Shown piece by piece: positions 12,219-25,120 of a DNA stretch of 55,827 nt (the first letter of the stretch is position 1; each line of letters opens with the position of its first letter). This stretch comes from Octopus sinensis. Lineage: Eukaryota. The notes beneath the pieces were generated by a model. The model was not told the DNA's origin. It saw nothing but the letters and a program-made list of their open reading frames with translations, and made no database searches. Position numbers and translations under genes: made by a program. The stretch covers positions 1-55,827 of the forward strand of contig NW_021833738.1 of the NCBI RefSeq assembly GCF_006345805.1. Reading direction: 5' to 3'.

Positions 12219-13184
12219 ATGTATCTATATATGTGTATATATCAACACATACATATATGTGTATCTCTGTGTTTGTATGTAGGTTTATATATATATACGT
12301 TTGACGCGGATGTGTGTGTGTGTGTGTGCTTCTGTTTAAATTCACTGTCCAATTTTGTATTAGATTTTCGAAAAATTCTAATATCATTTTATATCACCTG
12401 TGTAGTTGAATTCATTATAACTATTGAATACGCTTTGAGAATGTGTGAAAAGATTTTATTAAATTCGTACATCTATATTTTTCTCATTGCTTTAGAATTA
12501 GAGATATAATAGAGACAAGATTAAATTAGGATGAATTTTACATAAAGATTAAAATAATAACAGTACATGATTTAGTTTGTTATGTGAGTCAATACTAAAA
12601 AATATTACGGCAACATTTTAAATTTTACATAGACTTAAGTGAGGAAGAGTAAATCGTTCAATACTAATTCCTTCACGGTTAAGTATTTCTGGGAAAGATG
12701 TTACTGGGTTCAATTTAGTTTGTCTCAGTCTGCGTTATAAATATAGACGCCGTTCAGCAGACAAACAACACGTTATGTCTACATTCGCAATGACACACAT
12801 TGCTTTTACGCAAGGAATAACATATTTAAATGCCATTATATCTATCTATATATCTATTTATTTTTAGACTTCTATCTTAACGTGCTGACTCTGTAGACGA
12901 TAGCATATTTAATTGCCGTTTCCTTTTTTTTTTTTCACTCGATTAATCAAAGGAACCATGATCATATCTAAAATGCATATTTGAAACAGCTGCAAATCTA
13001 CAATTATTTATTCCTTTTCTTGCATATGTCCCAATGTAAACGTACCGAATTAATGTGTAAATGCAACATGGATTTACGAATACACCTGGTGATGGGCATG
13101 GGCACCTGGAAGTTACTATTTTATATATATATATTACTACTATATATATATATATATATATATTACTACTACTATATATATATA

Positions 13185-13263
13185 TTGGCTGTAATCTTTC
13201 GCCTTGTGTATGTTCAATCCTTGATACATTCATGTAGCGCAATGTGAGGTCTGTTTCTTTAAC

Positions 13264-13296
<33 letters not shown>

Positions 13297-13374
13297 ATAT
13301 ATGTTAAAGAACAGACCTCACATTGGCTACATGAATGTATCAAGTTCATACACAAGGCGAAAGATTACAGCCAA
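13185..13374. repeat. Fold-back: about 80-bp inverted arms around a (TA)n core
   Basis: 13185-13267 TTGGCTGTAATCTTTCGCCTTGTGTATG..GTGAGGTCTGTTTCTTTAACATAT matches the reverse complement of 13299-13374 apart from small indels. Confidence 0.9.
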
Positions 13375-13815
13375 CGGAAACTAGATGAAAGCTTAACGGA
13401 CGGGAATTATAGACACAGGCACGGTACATGGAATATCCGCAGCTGAGTTTTCCTCGTCAGTCAATGAGCCAAAATATCATCGTGGTTTCGCACCATAATC
13501 ATTGAGACCATTCAATCTTGGAGGTGCGAGTGCTAATATTTATGCTACTTTGAAAAAGCTTGCTACTATAGGCTGAGACAAAAACAAACAAGACAATATA
13601 CAAATACAACAGAGGAAGAATTGAACATATATAACAACACAAAGCATTACGGCTTTATGCAGCAGAAGAAAATATAATAATTATACAAATATCACAAATA
13701 CAACAGAAAGAGCTGCATGTCCGTTAAGTTTTCGTCCAGCTTTACCTTTTTTCTCCTTTCATCTTACTTTTTCTCCCTGTTGTGTTCTGTCTGTTCAATC
13801 CTTGATATATGTATG

Positions 13816-13902
<87 letters not shown>

Positions 13903-13905
<3 letters not shown>

Positions 13906-14893
13906 CCTTAAAATCCTTAAAAATGTTTCAGCCCGAAATCTTCGGCCATGCTGGGGCATCACCGTTGAATGAGCTTCACTAGCATGTGAAACCAACTCTG
14001 ATACATGGCACTTGGTCAACAAGGTAGTTCGACGCCGCTGCTCGCATCTGTGTTTCCTGCTGAGAGGTAGGTTCATCTGGAACCCCCGACAAGAAAGACC
14101 CACTTTAGTTTTAAAGATACCCACATCCACACCATGCAGGTCTCTCAGGTACAGGCATTTGGGAAGGATATTGAAGAGCTGTGGCCTCTGAAACCCGAGC
14201 TGCTGCAGTATCCGGTGCTGTATTTTGATGGTGATGTTTGGATCCTCGGCACCATGCAGTGGCGCCCGGTGCTGCTGTTTGGGTAACTTTCAATGCCAAA
14301 CTTCGGGACAAGACCCTTCAGGATCTTCCACATGTATATCACTGCATATCTCTCCCGCCTTTGCTCCACGGAGAAGAGTTTTAATACTTTCAGTCGTTCC
14401 CAGTTGCATTGAGACGATCTTCATAGTGTAGATTCGTTGGATTGCTTCGAGTTCTGCTGTTAACTTTATATTATGATGTGCTCATAGTTGGGAGCAGGAG
14501 TCCAAGCGGCTGAGGACGAAAGTTTTCCAAAGGACCATCAGTGTCTCCTTCTCTCTTGTTCTGAAAGTTCGGAGGATCCATCCAACTAGCCGTCTGCATT
14601 TTATTACCAAAATAGCAATAAACACTTTGGAAAATGCATCATTGCTCATACCAATGTCCAGGTCACGCACTGATTTTTACTCAGGAATTGCAATTCTTCC
14701 CAGGCCAGTGTATCCTGTCTGCATGTCGTTCACTTTTGTGTGCCGGTAGCGCATAGCTTGGAGCTTTCCTGCATTAAACTGCATGTTGTTGCCTTTAGCC
14801 CACCTGTATATTGTATCCAACTCCCGTTGCAGATGTGCAATATTTCCAGGGATTTGTATTGTCTGAGAGGCTTTTGTGTCATCTGCATAGCTA
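13903..14893 (-). mobile_element. CR1/L2-type LINE, 5'-truncated 3' fragment (RT from YADD to C-terminus + 3' UTR)
   Basis: Minus strand reads SYADDTK (YADD at 14878-14889)...LQRELDTIYRWAKGNNMQFNA, WILRTFRTR..LWKTFVLSRLDSCSQL and RRERYAVIYMWKILKGLVP. It ends in a short tandem (TTTAAGGAT) tail. Confidence 0.88.
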
Positions 14894-15046
<153 letters not shown>

Positions 15047-15696
15047 GAGTATATGTATGTGTGTGTGTTTGTAATCACACATACCTATACATATTCGTAT
15101 TTCGGGGGTAAAAGAAAACATCCTTGTTTTCGTTTGCCGACGTTCATGATACCAAATTTTATAGAAGCACTTTGAAATATTACCTCTATTATGATCCACT
15201 AAAAATTCTGAGAGCCATCATTCCAGATTAGTATCATTTCAATATAAGCTCATTAAATTAGCAACTATATGTGCAGTACCTGATCATTGCCTGAATTTCC
15301 ATTCATGGAGTAAAATTGCATGGTCATTAACCTTTAAATATCATATGAAATTGTTTGTCGCTTTCCGGGAAATGATACAAAAGTGAATATAACGTTATAT
15401 GTTATCTTCAGTTGGAATATTACGATTATTTCAATAGATTTATGATACTGTTGAGATTCCACAAAACGTACAGGATATCTAAGAATTTTTCAGACGTCAA
15501 TAAAGTGAAGCATGTGTGTGGTAGGATTAAATACATTTCTTGGCTGTTAAAAAAAGTGGTAAAAATGAGAAATACAGAACTGGAACGAAAAATGCTTGAA
15601 ACATAGGAAGAACATCTACATTCTGTACTCACACACGCACACACACATATATGCACATGCGCAAACAAATACATATACACATACGCTTGTGTATGT

Positions 15697-15751
<55 letters not shown>

Positions 15752-15817
15752 TATTTAAGCATGTACCTACGTATATATGTAAATATATATATATATATTA
15801 TATATAGATATATATAT

Positions 15818-15860
<43 letters not shown>

Positions 15861-15903
15861 ATGTATAAGCATCTATATGCTTATACACACCTGTATATGT
15901 ATA

Positions 15904-17390
15904 CGAGTGTGGAATCAGAAGTTGGTAGGCTGACCATAAAGGAGTGACATTAGAACTGTAAAATTTTGCATGCGTTCATTTCAATCTTTCTTACTATTAA
16001 CTGCATTGTTTGTTTCCAGGTAAACGGACGTCTAGCACTAAAAATATTTAAAATGTACACGACTGCTGCGTTTTCTTGAAAATCGACATAATTCGGTATC
16101 GTGCTGTTTATTAATTATATCCAAAGTGCTTAGTTCCGAAGGACATTCATGCTGACGTTGTTTCTACATCATGAGATGACCCCCCCCCAGCTTTATCAAC
16201 TGTGCAAAGGTGAGCAGCTGAATTAAGAATGGGAAGGAATCATCTTGAAAATGACTCACGATTTGGGCATCCTGAAACTGACAACACAGACGAAAACGTT
16301 GATCGTCTTAACAACAGCGTGATGGATGATATACGATTGGCTATACATCAACCAGCCAACGCTAGTAGCATATCCCGTGGGACAGTTCAGAATATTCTTA
16401 TTTCTTTATTGCCCACAAGGGGCTCAACATAGAGGGGACAAACAAGAACAGACAAAGGGGTTCAGTCGATTAGTTCAACCGCAGTACGTAACTGGTACTT
16501 AATTTATCGACCCCGAAAGGATGAAAGGCAAAGTCGACCTCGGTGGAATTTGAACTCAGAATGTAAAAACAGACGAAATACCGCTAAGCATTCATGCGGC
16601 ATGCTAACGTTTCTGCCAGTTTGCCGCCTTGTCCAGAATATTCTTTACAATGAACTTGGCCTGACGAAGGTTTCTGCTTGGCGTGTGCCATGTCTTTTGA
16701 CATCTGATCAAGAGATCACCAGACTGATTACATCTTGAGAAAATCTGAAATTGTGTGAGGCAGATCTAGCTACCTTATTTGAACGTTTTCGAACCAAGGA
16801 TGAATGCAGGAGTCATCACTTGCGGCCAGAATGCAAAGGTATTATCCACGGAAGGCCAACGTAGTTTCAATTTCTGGGAAGTTAATGGCATCAGTTTCAT
16901 TTTGTAATTCAAAAGGCATTGTCTTTGAATATATTGAAAAGGAATTCGCCATCAGTGGAGACTATGATTCTAAATTGCTAGAGCAGTTACGAAAAGCTGT
17001 CAAGACCAAACGTCCAGAAACACCGAAGAAAATGGTCTTGATTCTTCACGACAAAAATTCAACATACAAGCCCTTACTTTCAATAGTATCTGAGTCTTAA
17101 TGACTTTAAACTGATTGATCACTCCCCACTACTCTCCTGATTCGGCCCCATCTGATCTTCAAGACGAGAATAAACTTGGCTGGAGACCAGTAGCGTAGCG
17201 TTGATGACGTCGTATTTGCTGTTCATGACATTTTTACCAACAGGAAGAAAGCTTTTCTAATAATGGGATCCAAGCATAAATGGAAGAGGTCTATGGACCA
17301 CAAAGAGACTTTGTTGAAAACTAAACCTCCTTTGGTCACATTTAATTAGCGCATGATGGGCAGTCTGTGAAAGTGTAACACGGCCCTCGT
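15904..17390 (+). mobile_element. Near full-length decayed mariner transposon, interrupted by a SINE
   Basis: HTH region (GRNHLENDSRFGHPET..DENVD), KVSAWRVPCLLT, TKDE, LILHDK and YSPDSAPSD motifs with stops and frameshifts. The degenerate ends TA|CGAG.. and ..CCCTCGT give about 1.25 kb after removing the SINE. Confidence 0.85.
16400..16633 (-). mobile_element. SINE family C, full length, 12-bp TSD
   Basis: TSD CAGAATATTCTT at 16388-16399 and 16634-16645. tRNA-like head GGCGGCAAACTGGCAGAAACGTTAGC..GTTCAAATTCC and an A-rich tail. Confidence 0.9.
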
Positions 17391-18425
17391 TTAGTTTTAG
17401 TTTCAAGATACGTTTCACAGCTGCTCTGCATCATCTATGATATTTCAGCCATCTGACAAGTTTATCGATTTTTCAGTATCATTCACCCTCATCTAATTGA
17501 CCTGACCAGCGTTGATAAAGACCCAGCCTGCATCGGATTAGCAGCAAACCTTTTGTCTGCTCCCTTTTACACAAAACCACCTAATTACCTCTGTGTAAAG
17601 GGAAAGGTAATTACAGAGAAGCAGTTGATCTTTATAATTATGGAAACAAATATCTGATTATTGTACTAATAGATGCTCCTACATGTACCAGGAAGAGGGG
17701 TGGTTTATAAATGTTCAACTTATAATATTTCCATTATTGAAGGAGGCGAACTGGTAGAATCGTTAGCACGCCAGAAATAACAAGAAATGTGAACTACATG
17801 GAATTTCAGGAAACCTGTAATCTTCATATTTAATTATTTTTCAAAATACCATATTTCATATGTTTCTAGCCCTGTTATTGTAGCAGAATACAACGAGAAA
17901 ATAGTGGAGTAGCGGTTCACCTATTGTACAAAAATCCACATTTGAAATATAAATGCGGTCACATTCCCGAATGATTTATACTAAAATAATTATAGCATAA
18001 TAGGTAATGAGAAATGCATGCAGGTTTGGCATTTACAAAAAAGATATTTTGCCCCGAGCACACAAGGTGCTTATATCTTAATCTTGTATATTCACACGGT
18101 TACTACCTTCCAAGAATATTCGTTATTTTTCGCTGTGCTGGAAAAAAAGCCAAACTCCATTTTTTTTTCTTTTGATGCAACCACACCTCTCACGTCGTAC
18201 TTTGTTTACAATACTAGAGAATTTTTTACTAAATTTGAAAGGTCTCTGCTTCATGGAAGCGTCATATAAATTTCAACAAAAGAGTAGCAGATTTTCTACC
18301 AGGCATGAAAAGTCATATGTTGGTTCATACAGTCGACAATATAAATGGAGAATTATATATATATATACATAAATGTATGTAACATACTGTAATATAATAT
18401 ATAATATAAAATAGCATTGTATAAG

Positions 18426-18576
18426 AAGTGGCCTTGTGATAAGAAGCTTGCTTACCAACCACATGGTTCAGTCCCACTGCGTGGCAATTTGGACAAGTGT
18501 CTTCTATAGCCTCGGGCCGACTAAAGCGTTGTGAGTGGGTTTCGTAGACGGACGCTGGAAGAAGACCGCTGTATAT

Positions 18577-18638
<62 letters not shown>

Positions 18639-18840
18639 GTATGTGTGTATGTGTGTGTGTTTGTCCCCAACCATCGCTTGGCAACCGATGTTGGTATGTT
18701 TACGGCCCGTAACCTAACGTTTCGGCAAAAGAGACCGATAGAATAAGTACTAGGCTTACAAAGCATAAATCCTGGGGTTGTCTTGTTGGACTAAAATGCC
18801 GGTGCTCCAGCATGGCCTCAATCAGAAACAAATAAAAGAA
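18426..18840 (+). mobile_element. SINE family A
   Basis: Head, central (TA)n, 3' half and GGTGCTCCAGCATGGCC tail are all present. Confidence 0.9.
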
Positions 18841-18908
18841 TATAATATATAATATTACATTACACTATATTACTGTAGAGTAATAAATTGGGTATATTAT
18901 CAACATAC

Positions 18909-19342
18909 GTTCGATGTAGTAAGTTTTATTCCCACCAACCACGTTCGGAGTTCATCCCAGTGCGTAGTGCCTAGGTCAAGTGTCTTCTACTACAGTCTCG
19001 GGCCGACCAAAGTCTTAGTAGTGGATGTGGTTGGCATAAACTGAAATAAGTTCGTCGTGTGTGTGACGACGTGTGTGTGTACAGACAGACAGAAACACAC
19101 ATACGTGCATGTGTTTGCGTCTTTGTGTTTGTGTTTTCGTCCTCCACGGCCACTGGACAGCTAGTGGTTCTATGTATACGTTCCCATAAGCTAGCCGTTC
19201 CGATTAAGAAAGCGTTGAAATATGTAGTTGGCTTCAAATAAAAGCTCTGGAATCAATTCTTTCGAATAAAATAATTTAAGGCGGTGCTCCAGCGTGGCCA
19301 CAGTCTAATGTGTGAAAACAGTAAACGATAAAACATAAAAGA
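18909..19342 (+). mobile_element. SINE family A, older diverged copy
   Basis: caagtgtcttctactacagtctcgggccgaccaaag and tail aaggcggtgctccagcgtggccacagtc. Confidence 0.8.
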
Positions 19343-20290
19343 TGACATACATAACATACCTTATCTAACCGTTAATATACTTAAATATAAATTCCACTAA
19401 CTTTCTTACTAAATAACCGCATCCTATTTTCTAATGGCATAGCGATGGTAAAAATTTAAAATTTTCTATCATATAAAACCTTCCAATAAACATAATCTGC
19501 TAAATCTTATGTTGGTAACAAAAAATATCGTGCCTCAGTTTCCAGAAGGAAATATCTGAAATATAATTTTTATAATACGATTTTCCAAATAGGCATTCTT
19601 AAGGTATCTTCGCGTGTCTCAGGCAGCTTTCAAAAGTTTTCCATGTATAGCTGATTTTTTTTATCTAACCGATTTCGGAAAATTCAATTACTAAGCGTCA
19701 TTTCACGGAATTATACTCGGGTACGCTCTTTACCATATCGTTATGCACAAAACGTTTGATCGTATTACGCAGATGGAATTTTCTTTTCTATACTTCAGAC
19801 ATATATAATGCACATACGCATTTTAGTAAGCCTTTCCATACGAGTATAATAATAAGTGAGTATATATATGCATCAAGATGTCTGTGTACACACATACACA
19901 CACACACACAAAATACACACATACGCACACACACGCACACACATATACACATATGTATGCCTATATTTATGTGTTCAAAATAAAGCAAAAAGGTGTCCCC
20001 ATAACAACATGTAAACTATATAATATCTCTGCACATTTGCTGCTGAGGAGGTATCGATTCCAAAATCTAGGAATAAATGTGCCGGCGAGGGCAAAAGCAC
20101 ATGTTCCGTATTTGATAACCTGGATTTTTAACCATTCTTGTCTAAATTCTTATTTTTGAAGAGCTCTCTGCCACTTCGATATGTGTATTTTAATTTACGT
20201 AATGAACCACATACTCTTAGAATTACTATTCCTGCAGTACCAAATAGGATGAGGATAAAATGTCTGATATCCCAATGTGAAAGTACAGCG

Positions 20291-20460
20291 TAAGGCGGCG
20301 GAGAGCTGGCGGAATAGGTAAAGTACTTAGCAGCGTTTCGTCCGCCTCAGATCAAATGCCGATGATGTCGACTTTACTTTTCATCTTTTGGGGTCAATGA
20401 AATAAAGTACCAGCTGGACACTGGACTGAGAGTAATCGACTTACACCTTCCCGTGATCTT
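20291..20460 (+). mobile_element. SINE family C, diverged
   Basis: ggcggcggagagctggcggaat..gtcgactttacttttcatcttttggggtcaatgaaataaagtaccag. Confidence 0.7.
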
Positions 20461-20516
20461 GGTGTTCTTGTATCAGCATTTGAGACCATTGATGAACGTA
20501 GAGCTTTGAATATATA

Positions 20517-20990
20517 CGGTGTTCAAAACGTCTCTCAGCAGTATTTTATTGCAAAATAAGCATTTATAAGATGGTATAAGACTACAAAAGAATATATTAG
20601 ATTTTACAAAACTTAAAAAAACTTTATAAGAGGTGTTGTGAGTGTTGTCCTTCATTTTTTATGCATACGTTGATTCTACTACTCATGTTTTGAAGCGTGT
20701 GAAGATCATAATTGTCTCTTATAGCTCATTAATGGTTTTCCGGCGATCCTTGTACACTGATCCTTTACTTGCTTCCTAGAAAAAATAGTCTGGCGGTGTT
20801 AAATCAGGTGACCTTGGTGGCCGAAGTCACTATGAAATAACCCTTTCACCGAAAAACCCTTGAAGTAGCGACATAGTGATGCGCAAACTATGTGCTGTAG
20901 CTCCATCTTGCTGAAAGTATGCGTTGGTGCTGTATGAACATTTAATGTGGTTTTAGAGTCAAATTTAGTTGCTATTTGTAGCATGGTAGT
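20517..20990 (-). mobile_element. DD37D/maT-like Tc1/mariner transposon 3' fragment with one TIR
   Basis: Minus strand reads FQQDGATAHSLRITMSLLQGFFGERVIS..PPRSPDLTPPDYFF..KGSVYK. TIR TA|CGGTGTTCAAAACGTCTCTCAGCAGTA is shared with the MITE at 8181-8366. Confidence 0.82.
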
Positions 20991-21019
20991 ATCTCTTAGA
21001 TACTTTTAATTATAATTTT

Positions 21020-21025
21020 AATATA

Positions 21026-21062
<37 letters not shown>

Positions 21063-21260
21063 TTGTATCTGTGTTTGTTCCATCCACCACCATCACTTGA
21101 CAACCAGTGCGGGTCCCCGTAACTTAGCGGTTCGGCAGAAGAGACCGATAGGTTAAGCACCAGGCTTACGAAGAATAAATCCACAACTTTAATTTCTTCA
21201 ACTAAAAGGCGATGCTCAAGAATGGCCGCAGTCAGATGACTGAAAACAAAGGGATAAAAG
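21020..21260 (+). mobile_element. SINE family A, 3' half
   Basis: catcacttgacaacc..gtaacttagcggttcggcagaagagaccgatag..aaaggcgatgctcaagaatggccgcagtc. Confidence 0.8.
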
Positions 21261-21327
21261 CATACGTAATGTCACATATTTATGATTAGTTTTGTTGTGG
21301 TTGTAAGAATACGTGTATATGTATAGA

Positions 21328-21716
21328 CTAGCTATTGTCACCCCTGCTTCGCTCGGGTTTTGGTGGTGGTGTTGTTTTGTGCGTGTTGTCTCATTTTCCA
21401 TTTCTTCTTTTGTTCGTGTTCTTTACCTGGTTCTCTTTATTGCCCTCTTCCTTTTCTTTTTCTTATTTTTAAAATTGTTCTTCGTCTTTATCTTCTTCAC
21501 ACCTCAATTTTCCCATATTCCTCGCCATGGCAACCAAACGTTAGCCCCGAGCGACTTGCAACCCTCCTCACACCATTGCCCACCCCATTTTACTCCCCCT
21601 CCACAGTGTAAATTTTAGCGCCAATCCGACCCCATCTAAACCATTCCCATCCCCAAATAAGTGAAATAACCAAGAAATCAAACAACTTTTTCACATTTCA
21701 GCTTTATATGCATAGA
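21328..21716 (-). mobile_element. Non-autonomous Helitron, second family
   Basis: Minus strand: A|TCTATGCATATAAAG 5' end, imperfect hairpin CCCG-agcgaagc-AGGG and CTAG|T 3' end. Confidence 0.8.
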
Positions 21717-22104
21717 TGAATGTTTGCTTGTACTGTTCCAGAATTTCATTTCATACGTCTGTATGTACGAATTAGATCAATTTTTTTAATATTATCATAT
21801 TCTGAGATACCTCTTTTATTTGCATCCGTTGATTTATCTTCATCTTTCTCTGCCTTATTCTCTATTCCGCGTAATTTATTACAATTTTTCAGTAGCAGCA
21901 TAAAATTGTTTAAAGTAGAATCGAATAATGAATGAGGTCAGTGGGTAAAAGGGTCCTATGTAATTAATACATAACCCTGAATCTATGTCTGTGCTTTTTG
22001 CCATTGTACAGTAAAATATTTATTTTACAAATCTCAGATAAATTTTATGTATTTGTATTAATATGAATCTCGGTTCATATAACGACAGATATTAATGAGG
22101 TATA

Positions 22105-23042
22105 TATATATTGTGGAAGTTATTGTATATTTCACGACAGCTGTTTTGTTGGAAATGTCCATATTCAGAGACACATATTTACAAAGACCAAGAAGTACAT
22201 AAACACACGCGTATATGCACACAAACACACATACATACACGTACACACACATACGCACATACACGTACACATGCACATACAGTTGCACATATATCATTAT
22301 GTGTCGTTGTGTTAGCGAGTGTGTATATGCATGTAGGTTTTGTGTGCGTGTATTAGAGTGTGAGTGTATTTTGTGCAAACATATACCGGAATTATCTTCA
22401 TTTATTGAACGATCTACCGTAAAATTTACAGAATATAAATTCTGTCTAGACTTTAGACATTAAATGACGTAAGTACGAGAGACGTAGTGAATATGTTACT
22501 GTGCAGGTAGGAAGGACAATTATCGTTGCCAGAGATGGCGTGGTTGAAAGAATGTATCGCTATCGCAGCAGCGGACTGAGGCCCATGCACTTGGGATCAA
22601 ATAGAATATTCGTTTATCCAGATGAGGGCCATGAACAAACAGTGGAAGCAAAAACTATGGTATTTCTAACTCGTTACATAACTTGAAACATTAGCAATGA
22701 TTTCACCGTGTGCTATCAGACAATGTCGTAATGCTTGGCTGTGAGGTAAGAAGCTTGCTTCCCAAATACATAGTCCCGGGTTCAGTCCCACTGCGTAGCA
22801 CCTTGGGCAAGTGTCTTTTACTATAGCTTCTGACCGAATAAAGCCATGTGAGTGGAATTGATGTGCATGTGTACGTGTATATGCGCGCGTATGTGTGTGT
22901 GTGTATGTGTATGTATGTGTGTTGGTGTGTATATGTGTGTGTGTTTGTGTACTTGTTGGTCTTTGTAAATATGTGTCTCTGAATACTGACTTTTCCAACA
23001 AAACTGCTGTCGGGAAATATCCAATAACTTTCCCAATATATA
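22105..23042. repeat. Inverted repeat, arms about 105 bp (22105-22210 / 22940-23042), spacer about 730 bp
   Basis: Both arms read ..AAGTTATTG.ATATTTC.CGACAGC.GTTTTGTTGGAAA.GTC..TATTCAGAGACACATATTTACAAAGACCAA.AAGTACA on opposite strands, about 85-90% identical by eye. Confidence 0.9.
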
Positions 23043-23340
23043 AATAATACATAATAACGTATCATAACAGAATCCCGTCGTATCCCGTCGTACATATATA
23101 TGTAAATATCTATGTGCGTGTGTCTTTGTGTCTGTGTTTTTTTCTCCATCACCACTTGACAACCAGTGTTGGTGCGTTTATGTGCCCGTAACTTAGTGGT
23201 ACGGCAAAAGTAACTGATAGATTAAATACTAGGCTTACGAAATTAGTCCTGGGGGTCGATTTGTTCTACTAAAGCTCTTCAAGACGGTACTTCAGTATGG
23301 TCGCAGTCAATTATGACTGACACAAGTAGACGAATAAAAG
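22725..23340 (+). mobile_element. SINE family A with expanded, interrupted central region
   Basis: Head at about 22725-22860 and 3' half at about 23110-23340. The centre contains the right arm of the 22.1/23.0-kb inverted repeat. Confidence 0.8.
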
Positions 23341-24313
23341 AATAATAGAATAAAAGAATAAAAGAATAGCTCTAATTTCCATCGACTGGGAATTTTTCTT
23401 CTTGAGAAAGTACAATAGTGAAGCAACAGAATATTTGGTGGCAGCTCTTTAGAAGCCCTGTAAGAGTGTATATCTTTTTTAATCAAATGTGAACAGGAGA
23501 TTTATTACCGTGATATCGGCGATGTACCTTGATACATTGATAGATATTTAGATAAATAAACATAAAAATAGACATGAATATACACTTTAAAATTCATAAA
23601 GGCGAATTTTTTTAGCACATACTATTTCATTTATGCTATTAAGCGTGCAAAATTTATTTATATTGATTGTTAATTTTTAATATATTATCTAACCACACGT
23701 TTATCCAATACGTTTTCAATAACTCATCAAAATCTGAATAATAGTAGCTCAATGTGTATTGGAATAGAGAATACAATAGACAATTTAGCAAATAAGAATA
23801 CCATTCAGATACGAACAATCGATGAATGCTATGTATTTAACTCCTTTACATCTACGTTGTATTTACGCTAATTCATTAAATGATCGTTACACAATATTCA
23901 ATAAATACTTCCTTATATCATAATTCCTGTTAATATACTCAGTTAAAATTGTAGTCGATATAGTAGAAAGCGTAGTTTTGCATAATACTAAGCAAACACC
24001 AATCAACAGTATCTCTGCTGATTCAAACCTCATCCCAACATAAATTATAGTAACCTCTTAACGCAAAACAAACAAAAAACGTTCTTTAAGATGTGTGTGT
24101 GTTCGTAAACTTCTAGTTTACACCAAGCAACGTAAGTATGAACAGCACCTACGTGCCATACATTACCTTCTGTATTTAGTTTTATATCTTCCCCAATATC
24201 TTCCAATATATATATATTCAATTAGCACCAACATTATAGTTAAGAGATACCATGGTATTATAAATAGCAGAGAGTTCAGTGTAATCCATAGGCAGGAGAG
24301 GTGCAGCTGAAGT

Positions 24314-24394
24314 GTAGAAAGTCCAGTAGAAGTTCGTGGGTGATGAGAGGAGACAGGTAGAATCCGTAGAAGTTCGTGGGTGATGAGAGGAGAC
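24314..24394 (+). repeat. Tandem duplication, about 40-bp period
   Basis: GTAGAAGTTCGTGGGTGATGAGAGGAGAC (29 bp) is identical at 24326-24354 and 24366-24394. Confidence 0.92.
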
Positions 24395-24749
24395 GACCAA
24401 AGACAAATTTACCCAGCTGAATTTTCAGCCATCTGTATGAAATACCCACGTCAAGACGTTAACCAACTTGGGAAAATTATGAGATATAGTAAACATTCTC
24501 AATATTAGAATAGAAATAAAAGGTAGATCGTCGTCGCTATAACTTCACTTTTCTTAAGCGGGCTAATAAAAAGTAGTATTAGATTCAGTGTACGACGTCG
24601 CTGTGGTAATGTGCCTTGGGATTGAAGTGGTTGACTGTATAGCATTGTTTATCGTTGATACAGTTAGTTAGTGCGATCGACTCTCCGTTTAGGTTTGGGC
24701 GAAGACAATGATCGGCAGTCTGAGACAACGTGTACCGCCTTAATACATT

Positions 24750-25120
24750 ATTTCTTTACTTGGTTCAGTCATTTACTGCGGCCATTAGTCGAGTGAAAAC
24801 CGTCCCCATGACTTATTCTTTGTAAGCCTAGTACTTATTCTATCGGTCTCTTTTTTACCGAACCGCTAGGTTACAGAGACGTAAACACAGCAGCATCGGT
24901 TGTCAAGCGATGTTGTGGGGTCAAACACGTAAACACATAGACACACACATAAACACACACAAACAAACACTACGGGCTTCTTAAAGTTTCCTGCTGCCAA
25001 ATCCACTCACAAGTCTTTGGTCAGCCCGAGGCTATAGTAGAAGGCACCTGCCCAAGGTGCCACGCAATGGGACTGAACCCAGAACCATGTGGTTGGTAGG
25101 CAAGCTACTTACCACACAGT
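24750..25120 (-). mobile_element. SINE family A, near full length
   Basis: Tail, 3' half, short CA centre and head through ttaccacacag. Confidence 0.9.

Noticed and set aside
13039-13098. Roughly 60-nt minus-strand exon candidate (ttccag|...TCG|GTACGT)
   Set aside because: The pyrimidine tract is short, there is no recognisable peptide, and such pairs are expected by chance.
13375-13465. CTGACGA followed by a GGAAAAC/GTTTCC stem on the minus strand
   Set aside because: The GAAA half of the core is absent.
24326-24394. Two 29-bp direct repeats with an 11-bp spacer (CRISPR-like)
   Set aside because: There are only two units, the spacer is too short and resembles the preceding flank, and the context is eukaryotic with no cas genes.
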